Assembly: GCA_018969115.1 (NCBI GenBank)
Contig: JAGWYZ010000001.1
Coordinates: 304-64,303, forward strand
Origin: Chloroflexota bacterium
GTDB taxonomy: Bacteria; Chloroflexota; Anaerolineae; J036; Brachytrichaceae
DNA length: 64,000 bases
Direction of reading: 5' to 3'
The notes beneath the pieces were generated by a model, which saw only the letters and a list, made by a program, of their open reading frames with translations, searched no databases and was not told the DNA's origin. Numbering within the stretch: the first letter of the stretch is position 1; each line of letters begins with the position of its first letter. A program made the translations under genes and the position numbers. Positions 29,435 through 38,911 of the stretch are shown piece after piece.

Positions 29435-31372
29435 TCAGGGATGACGGCGCTCCATTGCCCAAGCCTGCGTAATGCGATCCATAATAATCGCCAAAATGAC
29501 GATGGCGAGACCGGCCTCGATGCCCTGACCGGTTTGGCTGCGGGCCATGCCGGTGATGGCCTCTAGCCCCAAGCCAGCGCCGCCGACCATGCCCGAAATA
29601 ATCACCATTGCCAATACCATCATGATCATTTGGTTGATGGATAGCGCGATGGCGGTGCGGGCCAGCGGCAATTGCACCTTGCGGATGGTTTGTAAGCGGG
29701 TGCTGCCGAAGGCGCGGGCGGCCTCGACGGTGGCGGGTTCAACCTGCCGAATCCCGAGATCGGTCAGTTTGATGCCGACTGGAATGGCGTAGAGCACCGA
29801 GGCGATCAGCCCGGGCACACGCCCGACATCAAACAACATAATAACCGGCACGAGATAGACGAAGGTCGGCACGGTTTGCAAAAAGTCGAGCATGGGCCGC
29901 AACACGCGCCGCACTGTGTCATATTGCGAGGCCAACACCCCGATTGGGATGGCCAGCAGCATGGTGACAAAGGTGGTGACGAGAATTTGGCTGAGCGTCT
30001 CCATCGATTGCTCCCACATGCCAAATAGGCCGATAAAAAACAGCCCGATGGCGCTGCCCACGGCCAAGCGCCAATTGCCGACAAAATAGGCGATGGCCGC
30101 CACGATGGCGATGGTGACGGGCCACGGCAAAATCGTCCACAGCAACTCGCGCATGGGGTTGAGCAAATAATTGATCAACCCCTCATTCAGCGGGTCGGTC
30201 AGGGCGGTGGCGTGGTCACGCAGCCAAGCAATGGCGACATCGACCCCATCGCGAATGCCGATTTGCCAAGACTCTGGAAACTCACGCGGTAACACCAGCG
30301 CCGCCGCCAGCACCAGCCCCATCAACCCCAGTGGCACCGCCCAGCGCCGCCGCCATGCTTGGGGCGATGGGTCACGCGAGGCGGTTAGGTCAATATTGCC
30401 CAGCGCCTCGCTCAGCCGATCGAGCATAATAGCGAGCAAGACGATGGCGAGACCGGCCTCGAAGGCCTGCCCGACTTTGAGCCGTTGCAGCGCCAAAAAT
30501 ACCTCGCGCCCCAAGCCCGATGCGCCGACCATCGCCGCAATCACGACCATGCCCAACGCCATCATGATGGTTTGGTTGACCCCCGCCAAAATGGCGGGCA
30601 AGGCCAAGGGCAATTGCACTTTGGTGAGCAATTGCCAGCGCGTGCCGCCAAAGGCCCGCCCGGCCTCAACCGCTGCCGGTTGCACCTCGCGTATGCCTAA
30701 ATTGACCAGCCGAATGACTGGCGGCACGGCGTAGATGATGGTGGCGATGACGGCCGGAACCCGCGCTACGCCAAAAAACAGCACCACCGGAATGAGGTAA
30801 ACGAAGGCCGGCATGGTTTGCATGGCATCTAAAATGGGGCTGAGCGCCCGCTCGAGCCGATTGTTGAGGGCGCATAACACGCCAATCGTGATGCCAATTG
30901 CCAACGAGAGCAGCACCGAAAATGACATGAGGGCCAAGGTTTGCAAACTGGGCAGCCACAAGCCAAATAAGCCACAAATAAACAAACTGAGCGCCGAGCC
31001 GAGCGCCAAACGCCAACCCGAAAGCACATAACCGGCCAGCCCAAACACGCTAACCAACACCACCCAAGGCAATGCCGCTAGCCCTGTTTCGAGGCCACGC
31101 ACGGCGATATCGACCCCGCTGCGGATGGGGTCGATGGTGTAGGCAAAGAGGGGGTAGGTGCTGCGGTTGCGAATGAGCCAATCTTGAAATTGGTCGATTG
31201 GCTCACGCAGGCCCAAATTCCAATCGGTGGGGAAGATGCCGGTTTGGTCGGGGAAGGCTTGGGAGATAATATAAATGAGGCTAAGTAGAATAAAGGTGAC
31301 AATTATTTTGATGGGCTGGCTTGGAAATACGCCGCGTGTTGGCAAAGTGCTGCTCATGATAGTTGACATCAT
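29435..31372 (-). CDS. Fused double ABC permease, glycine-betaine/proline (ProW/OpuAB) type
   Basis: Two tandem permease halves carrying DAMQTMPAFVYLIPVVLFFG and DFLQTVPTFVYLVPVIMLFD. Confidence 0.85.
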   Translation of the reverse strand: MMSTIMSSTLPTRGVFPSQPIKIIVTFILLSLIYIISQAFPDQTGIFPTDWNLGLREPIDQFQDWLIRNRSTYPLFAYTIDPIRSGVDIAVRGLETGLAALPWVVLVSVFGLAGYVLSGWRLALGSALSLFICGLFGLWLPSLQTLALMSFSVLLSLAIGITIGVLCALNNRLERALSPILDAMQTMPAFVYLIPVVLFFGVARVPAVIATIIYAVPPVIRLVNLGIREVQPAAVEAGRAFGGTRWQLLTKVQLPLALPAILAGVNQTIMMALGMVVIAAMVGASGLGREVFLALQRLKVGQAFEAGLAIVLLAIMLDRLSEALGNIDLTASRDPSPQAWRRRWAVPLGLMGLVLAAALVLPREFPESWQIGIRDGVDVAIAWLRDHATALTDPLNEGLINYLLNPMRELLWTILPWPVTIAIVAAIAYFVGNWRLAVGSAIGLFFIGLFGMWEQSMETLSQILVTTFVTMLLAIPIGVLASQYDTVRRVLRPMLDFLQTVPTFVYLVPVIMLFDVGRVPGLIASVLYAIPVGIKLTDLGIRQVEPATVEAARAFGSTRLQTIRKVQLPLARTAIALSINQMIMMVLAMVIISGMVGGAGLGLEAITGMARSQTGQGIEAGLAIVILAIIMDRITQAWAMERRHP

Positions 31373-31387
31373 ATACCAAATGAAAAC

Positions 31388-31942
31388 ATGCGAATCATTG
31401 ATTTACAGCTAGACAATCAATTGGCAGTGCAACAGGTGGCGGCGATGTTGGTGGCCGGGTTTAAAGACCATTGGCCCGATGCATGGCCTGAGCTTGATGA
31501 TGCACTTGAGGAGGTTGCCGCGATGGCACAGCCTGATCGCATCAGCCGTATTGCCGTTGACGATATTGGCACGGTGTTAGGCTGGATCGGCGGTATCAGT
31601 GGTTACGATGGCAATGTGTGGGAGTTGCACCCGTTGGTGGTGCGCTGCGATTTGCAGGGGCAGGGCCTTGGGCGGGCCTTGGTGATGGATTTAGAGGCGC
31701 AAGTGCAGGGGCGTGGCGGGTTAACGTTGCAATTGGGCACAGATGACGAAGATGGTATGACGACGTTGTCGGGGATTGATCTTTACCCAAATGTAGCCGA
31801 GAAAATCATGAATATTCGTAATTTGCGCCGACACCCGTTTGAGTTTTATCAAAAATTGGGCTTTGTCATCGTTGGGGTGGTTCCCGATGCCAATGGTTTT
31901 GGCAAGCCCGATATTTTGATGGCGAAGCGGGTGGGGCGTTAG
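31388..31942 (+). CDS. GNAT family N-acetyltransferase
   Basis: LHPLVVRCDLQGQGLGRALV acetyl-CoA motif A, FYQKLGF. Confidence 0.8.
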   Translation: MRIIDLQLDNQLAVQQVAAMLVAGFKDHWPDAWPELDDALEEVAAMAQPDRISRIAVDDIGTVLGWIGGISGYDGNVWELHPLVVRCDLQGQGLGRALVMDLEAQVQGRGGLTLQLGTDDEDGMTTLSGIDLYPNVAEKIMNIRNLRRHPFEFYQKLGFVIVGVVPDANGFGKPDILMAKRVGR

Positions 31943-31944
31943 CA

Positions 31945-32117
31945 AAACATCGGATGTCTGAGCGCAAATCGTGACTGCGGCTGGAAGCTGAACTGAGACA
32001 TCCGATGTTTGGGTGACGTAGATTGCGCTTGCGGCTGGGGCTTGCGCTGGCGAAACATCGGATGTCTTGACAAGGGTTGCGGCGAAGCTGAGAGCTGCGC
32101 TCAGACATCCGATGTTT
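31945..32117 (+). repeat. Tandem pair of long hairpins built from four copies of AAACATCGGATGTCT / AGACATCCGATGTTT
   Basis: Units at 31945-31959, 31996-32010 (inverse), 32053-32067 and 32103-32117 (inverse). The second hairpin is followed by TTTTTT. Confidence 0.85.
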
Positions 32118-32129
32118 TTTGCGGGAATA

Positions 32130-32951
32130 TCACACAATCGCACGCGACATTACGCCAGACACAGCTTCGGCAGGCACGCCCGTCCATTGGGCAAAAGCCG
32201 CCGCGCCTTGCTCGACCAACATACCGATGCCGCCGACCACGTGCGCGTTAGCGGCCTTGGCCTGCTGCATCAGGCGTGTCATACGCGGCTTATAAACAAG
32301 GTCATAGAGGGTGGCTTGTTGGGGGAAGGGGATGTGTGGTGGCCAAGGTGTGCCATCGTCATTGGGTGACATGCCGGCGCTGGTGCAATTCACCACCAAA
32401 CCAATGCTTGACAGCGGCAACTCGTTCACCGCCGCTACTACGGTGATGGCTTGCGTCGCGCCGATGCTTTCGGCCAGATGTTGAGCACGTTGAAGATTGC
32501 GATTGACAATGGTAATGTGGCTGTCGCATTGTAACAACGCATAAACAATGGCGCGAGCTGAACCACCTGCCCCCAATACCACCGTGTGGGTGTCAGCATT
32601 GGGCGTATAGCCATTGGCGCGTAGGTCGGTTAGCCACCCCAGCCAATCGGTGTTGTCGCCATATAGCCCGCCATTTTTTTTGACTATGGTGTTGACCGCG
32701 CCGATGGCTTGGGCATGGGCACTGACCTCATTTAAATAAGGCACGACATTTTGTTTATGAGGAATGGTGACATTACATCCGGCAAGATCAGCGCGGTCCC
32801 GCAAGGCCGCCATGCGGGCGGGCAATTCATCATGTGGGGTGTTCCACAATTCATAGCGCCAATCATGCCAGCCGATATGGGCAAACGCGGCATTGTGCAT
32901 CACCGCTGACAGGCTGTGTGTCACTGGGTAACCAATTAATCCTACAATCAT
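32130..32951 (-). CDS. aroE: Shikimate 5-dehydrogenase
   Basis: GYPVTHSLSAVMHNAAF, VLGAGGSARAIVYAL. ATG at 32951; the ORF-track extension to 33020 is translated heptamer repeat. Confidence 0.85.
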   Translation of the reverse strand: MIVGLIGYPVTHSLSAVMHNAAFAHIGWHDWRYELWNTPHDELPARMAALRDRADLAGCNVTIPHKQNVVPYLNEVSAHAQAIGAVNTIVKKNGGLYGDNTDWLGWLTDLRANGYTPNADTHTVVLGAGGSARAIVYALLQCDSHITIVNRNLQRAQHLAESIGATQAITVVAAVNELPLSSIGLVVNCTSAGMSPNDDGTPWPPHIPFPQQATLYDLVYKPRMTRLMQQAKAANAHVVGGIGMLVEQGAAAFAQWTGVPAEAVSGVMSRAIV

Positions 32952-32954
32952 ATG

Positions 32955-33035
32955 AGTGCTGAGTGCTGAGTGCTGAGTGATAAGTAATGATTTTTTTAAC
33001 TTAGCATTTTTTCTCAACACTCAGCACTCAGCACT
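32955..33035. repeat. AGTGCTG heptamer array and its inverse forming an intercistronic hairpin (coaE-aroE)
   Basis: AGTGCTG x3.5 (32955-32979) and CACTCAGCACTCAGCACT (33018-33035), up to 18 bp complementary. Confidence 0.85.
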
Positions 33036-33613
33036 TTTTCTACTTGTGTGTGTGTGTCAGCGATGCTGCCGGAGGTATCGATGATGACATCGGCTTTGGC
33101 GAGTTTATCGGCTTGTGGGGTTTGGGCGTTTACGCGGGTGCGAGCATCGGCCTCGTTAAAGCCTCGGTGTTGCATCAGCCGCGCAATTTGCATGTTGGGT
33201 GGGCAATGAGTCACCCACACTTGATCGCAATCACTGGCATATCCGCCCTCGAATAAGCGAATGACCTCTAGTACCACAATATGGTCGAGTGAATGGGCAT
33301 TGTGAAAAGCCAAGGCCACGCGCCGCCATATCTCAGCCCGCGCCGCGGGGTGGGTGATGGCTTCGAGTTGGCGCAATTTGGCTTTGTCATTAAATACAAT
33401 ATCGCCTAGCAGCTTGCGGTTAAGATCACCAGTTGGCAATAGCACCGCCTCGCCAAAGGTTTGGACAATTTGGGCAAGGGCCGGTTGGCCTTTTGCCACC
33501 ATGTCGCGGGCGACTTGATCTGCATCAATAACGCTTGCGCCATGGGTACGTAAGGCGCGGGTCACTTCACTTTTACCAGTTGCAATATTGCCGGTTAATC
33601 CAATTAATTTCAT
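33014..33613 (-). CDS. coaE: Dephospho-CoA kinase
   Basis: IGLTGNIATGKS P-loop. The last 8 codons (EKVLSAEC*) are encoded by the heptamer array. Confidence 0.85.
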   Translation of the reverse strand: MKLIGLTGNIATGKSEVTRALRTHGASVIDADQVARDMVAKGQPALAQIVQTFGEAVLLPTGDLNRKLLGDIVFNDKAKLRQLEAITHPAARAEIWRRVALAFHNAHSLDHIVVLEVIRLFEGGYASDCDQVWVTHCPPNMQIARLMQHRGFNEADARTRVNAQTPQADKLAKADVIIDTSGSIADTHTQVEKVLSAEC

Positions 33614-33646
33614 CGGATACGATTATGCCCGAATTTGTTAGCCGCG

Positions 33647-33692
33647 AAAAAATAAACAAGCGCGTCATAGATGACGCGCTTGTTTATTTTTT
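33647..33692. terminator. 22-bp perfect palindrome with A/T runs on both sides (bidirectional terminator-like) between divergent genes
   Basis: AAAAAATAAACAAGCGCGTCAT-AG-ATGACGCGCTTGTTTATTTTTT. Confidence 0.5.
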
Positions 33693-33855
33693 TGGCTTTA
33701 GTTATCTAGAAAAGTCTTTTACAAAGGTTTTCGCCAATCTCACTACATTGAAATGACTCCATTTTTAGGGGGTCACTTCACTACGCTTTGAAGTGAGATG
33801 GTGAATGCGGTAAAACCCAATCTTCACAAACCGACTATACTCCGCGCCAAACAAC

Positions 33856-36204
33856 ATGAACACAACCGCCCCCCTACCCCAGCGCCAACAACTACACATC
33901 AGCGGCGTGGTGCAAGGCGTGGGATTTCGCCCCTTCGTGTTCACCCTCGCCGAGCGGCTAGGGCTGAGCGGGTTTGTAGGTAATGACAGCAGCGGTTGCT
34001 TTATCGAGGTCGAAGGCACAGCACAAGCCATTGCAACCTTCGGAATGTCACTACGCGACAAAGCACCGCCCTTGGCCTACATCGAACAAATCAGTCAGCG
34101 CGACCTGCCGCCCACCGGCGAGCGCGGTTTTCACCTTTTGTCCAGCCAAGCCCAAGCCAATACCGCCACGCTCATCTCGCCCGACCTCAATATTTGTGAT
34201 GATTGTATTCGTGAACTGTTCGACCCAACTGATCGGCGCTATTTATACCCATTCATCAATTGCACCAATTGCGGCCCACGCTACACCATTATCCAAGACA
34301 TTCCGTATGATCGTGACAAAACCACGATGGCGAGCTTCACTATGTGTGAAGCCTGTGCGCGTGAATATGCTGACCCGCGTCACCGTCGCTTTCACGCCCA
34401 GCCCAATGCCTGTCCAGTGTGTGGGCCACAGATGTATTTTGTCAAGTTGCAAGCCGCACCCCCCACCCCTAACCCCGCCGCTCCCCTCCCTTTGGGGGCC
34501 ATGGCTCAAGCCCAAGCCGCGCTACAAACAGGCCAAATTGTGGCGATCAAAGGGATTGGCGGGTTTCACTTGGCGTGCGATGCCCGTAACGATCACGCCG
34601 TGCAAACACTGCGGCAGCGTAAAGGGCGCGGCGACAAGCCCTTCGCCATAATGGTGCGCGATCTCGCTACCGCACATATCATTGCCCAGCTTGCCTCCGC
34701 CGATATAGACACATTGTGCAGCCGCGCCCGCCCAATTGTGATTGTGCCGCAGCGGGACAATAATCTGAGCCACGCAGTTGCACCGGGCAATCACACCCTC
34801 GGCATCATGTTGCCTTATTCGCCATTACATCATTTATTACTAGCAGCAGGGTGTGATGCGCTAGTGATGACATCGGGCAATCTAAGCGACGAGCCAATTG
34901 TGACACAAAACGAAGACGCACTAGCCAAATTAGCGCCACTAGCCGATGCCTTCTTGTTACACAACCGCGATATTTTTGTCAGTTGCGACGACTCGGTGGT
35001 GCGGGCATGGTCGTTGCCCAGCTGCCCAACTACTGCCCAACTGCTGCCCATTCGCCGCTCACGGGGCTATGCGCCGTTTCCAGTGTCATTGCCTTTTGAA
35101 TGTGCACCCACGCTGGCGGTAGGCGGCGAGCTAAAAACCACATTTTGCCTTGGCCTTGGCAACCATGCCTTTATCAGCCAACACATTGGCGATATGGAAA
35201 ATGCTGAGACGCTGACCTCATTTGAACACTCGGTTACACATCTGCGAAACCTGTTTCGCATAACTCCAAGCTATGTGGTGTGTGACAAACACCCCAATTA
35301 TTTATCGTCACAATGGGCGAGGGCAACAGGGCTGCGTTGTATCGAGGTGCAACATCACCATGCCCACATCGCTTCGGTGATGACCGAGCATGGCTTGCAG
35401 CCCAACGTGCAAGTAATCGGCATTTCTTTTGATGGCACAGGCTATGGAGACGACGGCGCAATTTGGGGCGGCGAAGTGTTGGTGGGCGGCTATGCCCATT
35501 ATCGGCGGGTTGCCCATTTAGCCTATGCCCCTTTGCCCGGCGGCGATGCAGCGGTTAAGCGCCCTTATCGGGCGGCATTGGCACAATTGTGGGCCAATAA
35601 ATTGGCATGGGATGAGGTACTGCCTTGTGTGCAAGCCTGCCCGCCCGCCGAGCGCCGTATTTTGCAGCAACAACTCTACCGCAATTTGAATTGCACCCCA
35701 ACTAGCAGCATGGGCCGGCTATTTGATGCAGTAGCAGCGCTGATGGGCGTGCGGCAAGTGGTGGGTTATGAGGCGCAAGGCGCAGTCGAGCTTGAGTCAC
35801 TGGCGGTCGATAATGTTGTTGAGTCTTATGATTTTGAAATGAGATCAGGCGATGTTATGCAGATCGGGGTTGGGCAATTGTTCGCCGCTATTGTAAATGA
35901 TGTCAAAGCAGGTTTGCCAGTATCAGTTATGGCGGTTAAATTTCATAACGCCGTCGCAAATCTAATCACCGAATTGTGCTTGCACACCCGTGCCCAAACC
36001 CAGCTTAATATAGTGGCACTGAGTGGCGGGTGTTTTCAAAATGTGCAATTGTTGGCGGCAGCAATCACACAATTACAGTCACATAACTTCCAGGTGCTTT
36101 ATCATAAGCGCGTGCCGCCCAATGATGGTGGGTTGGCATTGGGGCAATTGGCGGTTGCGCAAGCATTTTATTCTAACGAAGGCAATGCCCGCACCTTGCC
36201 ATAG
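33856..36204 (+). CDS. hypF: [NiFe]-hydrogenase maturation carbamoyltransferase HypF
   Basis: Acylphosphatase GVVQGVGFRPFV, two CxxC..CxxC zinc fingers, YrdC-like IKGIGGFHLACDA, Kae1-like C-terminus. Confidence 0.9.
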   Translation: MNTTAPLPQRQQLHISGVVQGVGFRPFVFTLAERLGLSGFVGNDSSGCFIEVEGTAQAIATFGMSLRDKAPPLAYIEQISQRDLPPTGERGFHLLSSQAQANTATLISPDLNICDDCIRELFDPTDRRYLYPFINCTNCGPRYTIIQDIPYDRDKTTMASFTMCEACAREYADPRHRRFHAQPNACPVCGPQMYFVKLQAAPPTPNPAAPLPLGAMAQAQAALQTGQIVAIKGIGGFHLACDARNDHAVQTLRQRKGRGDKPFAIMVRDLATAHIIAQLASADIDTLCSRARPIVIVPQRDNNLSHAVAPGNHTLGIMLPYSPLHHLLLAAGCDALVMTSGNLSDEPIVTQNEDALAKLAPLADAFLLHNRDIFVSCDDSVVRAWSLPSCPTTAQLLPIRRSRGYAPFPVSLPFECAPTLAVGGELKTTFCLGLGNHAFISQHIGDMENAETLTSFEHSVTHLRNLFRITPSYVVCDKHPNYLSSQWARATGLRCIEVQHHHAHIASVMTEHGLQPNVQVIGISFDGTGYGDDGAIWGGEVLVGGYAHYRRVAHLAYAPLPGGDAAVKRPYRAALAQLWANKLAWDEVLPCVQACPPAERRILQQQLYRNLNCTPTSSMGRLFDAVAALMGVRQVVGYEAQGAVELESLAVDNVVESYDFEMRSGDVMQIGVGQLFAAIVNDVKAGLPVSVMAVKFHNAVANLITELCLHTRAQTQLNIVALSGGCFQNVQLLAAAITQLQSHNFQVLYHKRVPPNDGGLALGQLAVAQAFYSNEGNARTLP

Positions 36205-37148
36205 ATAGCAGGTAAGCGAGCAAATTTTTGCGTTGTCGATAGCCGTGCTCGTTGACGAAACACTTCAAAATCATTGGCGACAATTTGATTGAGAATACCG
36301 CGATAAAGCAAAGCAGCAGCCCCAACAGCCATACGCCCATCGGGTTGCAAATAGCCAATACCGCGCCAACTGTGTTCATATAAGGCGTGGGCACGGGTGA
36401 TCTCAAATCGCATCAGGGCTTTAAAACGATCATCATTGACATGATTACGCAAATCTTGCTCAGTATAACTAAAACGTTGCATATCTTCGGCGGGCAAATA
36501 AATACGCCCACGCCCAAGGTCTTCGCCGACATCGCGCAAAATATTAGTGAGTTGCAAGGCCACCCCCAATTCAATAGCAGCTGGTTTGCTTTGGGCAAAT
36601 AATTGCCCATTGTCATTGTTTACACCAATAATATGCGCCGAAATCAACCCAACCGTGCTTGCTACATGGTAACAATAGCGTTTGAGGTCTTCCCATGTGG
36701 CATAGCGGGTGACGGTCAAATCCATTTCACAGCCTTCAATTAATTCTTCGGCATAGCGTTGGGGTACACCATAATCTTCGCGCACGGTGGCCCAAGCCTT
36801 TAGCACTGGGTGTGTTTGTAAATAAGCAGGTTGTCGCGTAATCACACGCCAATCTTGTAATAATATGGCAATGTGTGCCGCCGAGTTGGGCGTATATGGC
36901 GAAAACGGCACATCGACAATGTCATCGGTACAACGACAAAAGGCATAGAGGGCACGAATGGCGCGGCGTTTGGGTTTGGGTAAAAATGCAGTGCTGAGAT
37001 AGAATGATTTGGAATGTAATTTCGTTAACTCTGCACAATGATGAAATGCCGACTCGAGTTCATTCGCCTCATGCGATGGGTGCATAGCGATGGATGTAAA
37101 AGGCATAAAACGGCGAAAACGGGCCGGAACCGAAAAAAGAGAGAACAT
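36168..37148 (-). CDS. crtB: Phytoene synthase
   Basis: SKSFYLS, YAFCRCTDDIVD, QLTNILRDVGEDLGRGRIYLP. 2-nt gap after crtI. Confidence 0.85.
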   Translation of the reverse strand: MFSLFSVPARFRRFMPFTSIAMHPSHEANELESAFHHCAELTKLHSKSFYLSTAFLPKPKRRAIRALYAFCRCTDDIVDVPFSPYTPNSAAHIAILLQDWRVITRQPAYLQTHPVLKAWATVREDYGVPQRYAEELIEGCEMDLTVTRYATWEDLKRYCYHVASTVGLISAHIIGVNNDNGQLFAQSKPAAIELGVALQLTNILRDVGEDLGRGRIYLPAEDMQRFSYTEQDLRNHVNDDRFKALMRFEITRAHALYEHSWRGIGYLQPDGRMAVGAAALLYRGILNQIVANDFEVFRQRARLSTTQKFARLPAIYGKVRALPSLE

Positions 37149-37150
37149 TT

Positions 37151-38761
37151 CTAATAAATGTAATCAGCAAAATCTTGGGCAATTAACCGCGCTGTCATCT
37201 TGGCCGACATCATAACCGATGGTGTGCCGCCGCCGGGTTGTGTGCCGGCTCCAACCAAATATAAATTATGAATGTCTTCACTGCGGTTGTGTGGACGAAA
37301 AAAGGCTGATTGGGTTAAAACCGGCTCAGGGCCAAAGGCATTACCCAGCCAACTGTTGAGGGTGCTATCAAAATAATCAGGTGTAATATAACTTTTATAG
37401 ACCAGACGCTGTTGTAATTCGGGAATGTAACCGCGCTGCTCTAAAAAGGTGAGCACGTCATTGACCAATGGCTCGCCTAATTTTGACCAATCGGCCCCAT
37501 TGGCAAGATTTGGCACAGGGATAAGGGTGTATGCGGCATGATGCCCAGCGGGGGCGAGGCTGGGATCGGTGAGGGTTGGAATGTGCAAGTATTGCGAAAA
37601 ATCTTTAGACAGCACTTTTCGGTCAAAGATATCACGCAGTAGCCCTTCGTAGCGTGGACCAAGAATGATATTATGATGGCGCAAATCGAACTTAAGACCA
37701 TCAGCCCGAAAACCAAAATAAATGACCAAAAGCGACATCGATTGGCGTGTGAACTTTACCCGTAAATCGCCTTGCACAAGGCGATGCTGCGGTGCGATTA
37801 GGCGCATATATGTATTGGCATAATCGGCGTTCGATATGACTAGATCAGCGCTCATATGTGTGCCATTTTTTAAATGGATACCCGTGGCGATTTTCTTCAA
37901 ACCGCTTCGTTTAACATTGATTGTTACAACTTCGCTGTTATAACAAATACGCCCCCCTAACGCTTCAAATTTACGCACAAGGCCATTGACTAAAGCGCCA
38001 GTGCCACCCATTGCAAAATGAATACCCCACGTTTTTTCGACAAAATGGATCATGGCATAGATGGCTGGCACATTGAGCGGGCTACCGCCGACCAACAATG
38101 GCTCGAAGCTAAATACTTGGCGTAGTTTGTCGCTGCTGAAATATTTGCTGGTGAAACTGAAAAGGGTGCGCACCGCATCGAGGCGTAGTAGATCGGGTAA
38201 TGCGCGCAGCATGGTGCCAACATCACCAAAATAGGTGTAGCCCAATTGCACAAACCCACGATCAAACACCGCCTTGGCATCGGCGTGAAAGCGCTCATAG
38301 CCGTCAAGGTCTTGGGGGGCCAGCCGTTTTATTTGTTCGCGGGTGTTGCTTGGGTCGCCGTCATAATCAAAATAACTGCCATCGTCAAAATAAATGCGGT
38401 AAAACGGCAAAATAGGCACTAGCTTAACATAGTTTGAGGTAGCTGGGCCGCCACTGATGCGTTTACCCTCGCCCAAAACATCGGCAGGGAAATCGGGCGC
38501 ATCGAGCATGGGTTGACCACACTGCAAGGCAAATAATTCTTCGATAAAGTGAGGCACAGTAATGACAGTTGGCCCCATGTCAAACGTAAAACCGTTGGCT
38601 TTTCGCACATACGCCCGCCCACCCGGGCCATCTAGCTTCTCAACAATGGTTGTGTGAAACCCTAGGCTTTGTAAACGAATGCCCAATGATAAACCACCAA
38701 ACCCTGAGCCAATAATGATGGCGATTTTGCCTTCCGATTTTGTCACGATAATTAACATCAT
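37151..38761 (-). CDS. crtI: Phytoene desaturase
   Basis: [18 protein letters not shown] fold, C-terminal [23 protein letters not shown]. Confidence 0.85.
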   Translation of the reverse strand: MMLIIVTKSEGKIAIIIGSGFGGLSLGIRLQSLGFHTTIVEKLDGPGGRAYVRKANGFTFDMGPTVITVPHFIEELFALQCGQPMLDAPDFPADVLGEGKRISGGPATSNYVKLVPILPFYRIYFDDGSYFDYDGDPSNTREQIKRLAPQDLDGYERFHADAKAVFDRGFVQLGYTYFGDVGTMLRALPDLLRLDAVRTLFSFTSKYFSSDKLRQVFSFEPLLVGGSPLNVPAIYAMIHFVEKTWGIHFAMGGTGALVNGLVRKFEALGGRICYNSEVVTINVKRSGLKKIATGIHLKNGTHMSADLVISNADYANTYMRLIAPQHRLVQGDLRVKFTRQSMSLLVIYFGFRADGLKFDLRHHNIILGPRYEGLLRDIFDRKVLSKDFSQYLHIPTLTDPSLAPAGHHAAYTLIPVPNLANGADWSKLGEPLVNDVLTFLEQRGYIPELQQRLVYKSYITPDYFDSTLNSWLGNAFGPEPVLTQSAFFRPHNRSEDIHNLYLVGAGTQPGGGTPSVMMSAKMTARLIAQDFADYIY

Positions 38762-38911
38762 ATAGACAGTGACTTAACGCGAGATGAATATAGTTATAAC
38801 ATTCAATTAATATTAAACAAAGATTATACAGAAGTGATATAAAGACTGTGAAAACAAATTTACGCACGCCACATACCAACTTAAAATCCGATCTACAGAT
38901 AGAATCGACGT

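Noticed and set aside
31721-32143. ORFs of 80-140 aa across the 31945-32117 hairpin region on both strands
   Set aside because: They exist only because the repeat units are open in several frames. Their translations repeat NIGCL/DIRCF-type strings that mirror the DNA repeat.
32952-33020. N-terminal extension of aroE (and similar upstream extensions of folC to 3174, rsmG to 18832, glpD to 47474, hoxF, hoxY, hoxW and the LLM gene to 28158)
   Set aside because: The extensions translate repeat or intergenic sequence or overlap the upstream gene. Conserved family N-termini and ATGA-type coupling support the internal starts given in the feature table.
36168-36204. 37-bp convergent overlap of the hypF and crtB 3' ends as a regulatory feature
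   Set aside because: Short convergent overlaps are common, and either C-terminus could be a few codons shorter in reality. There is no independent signal.
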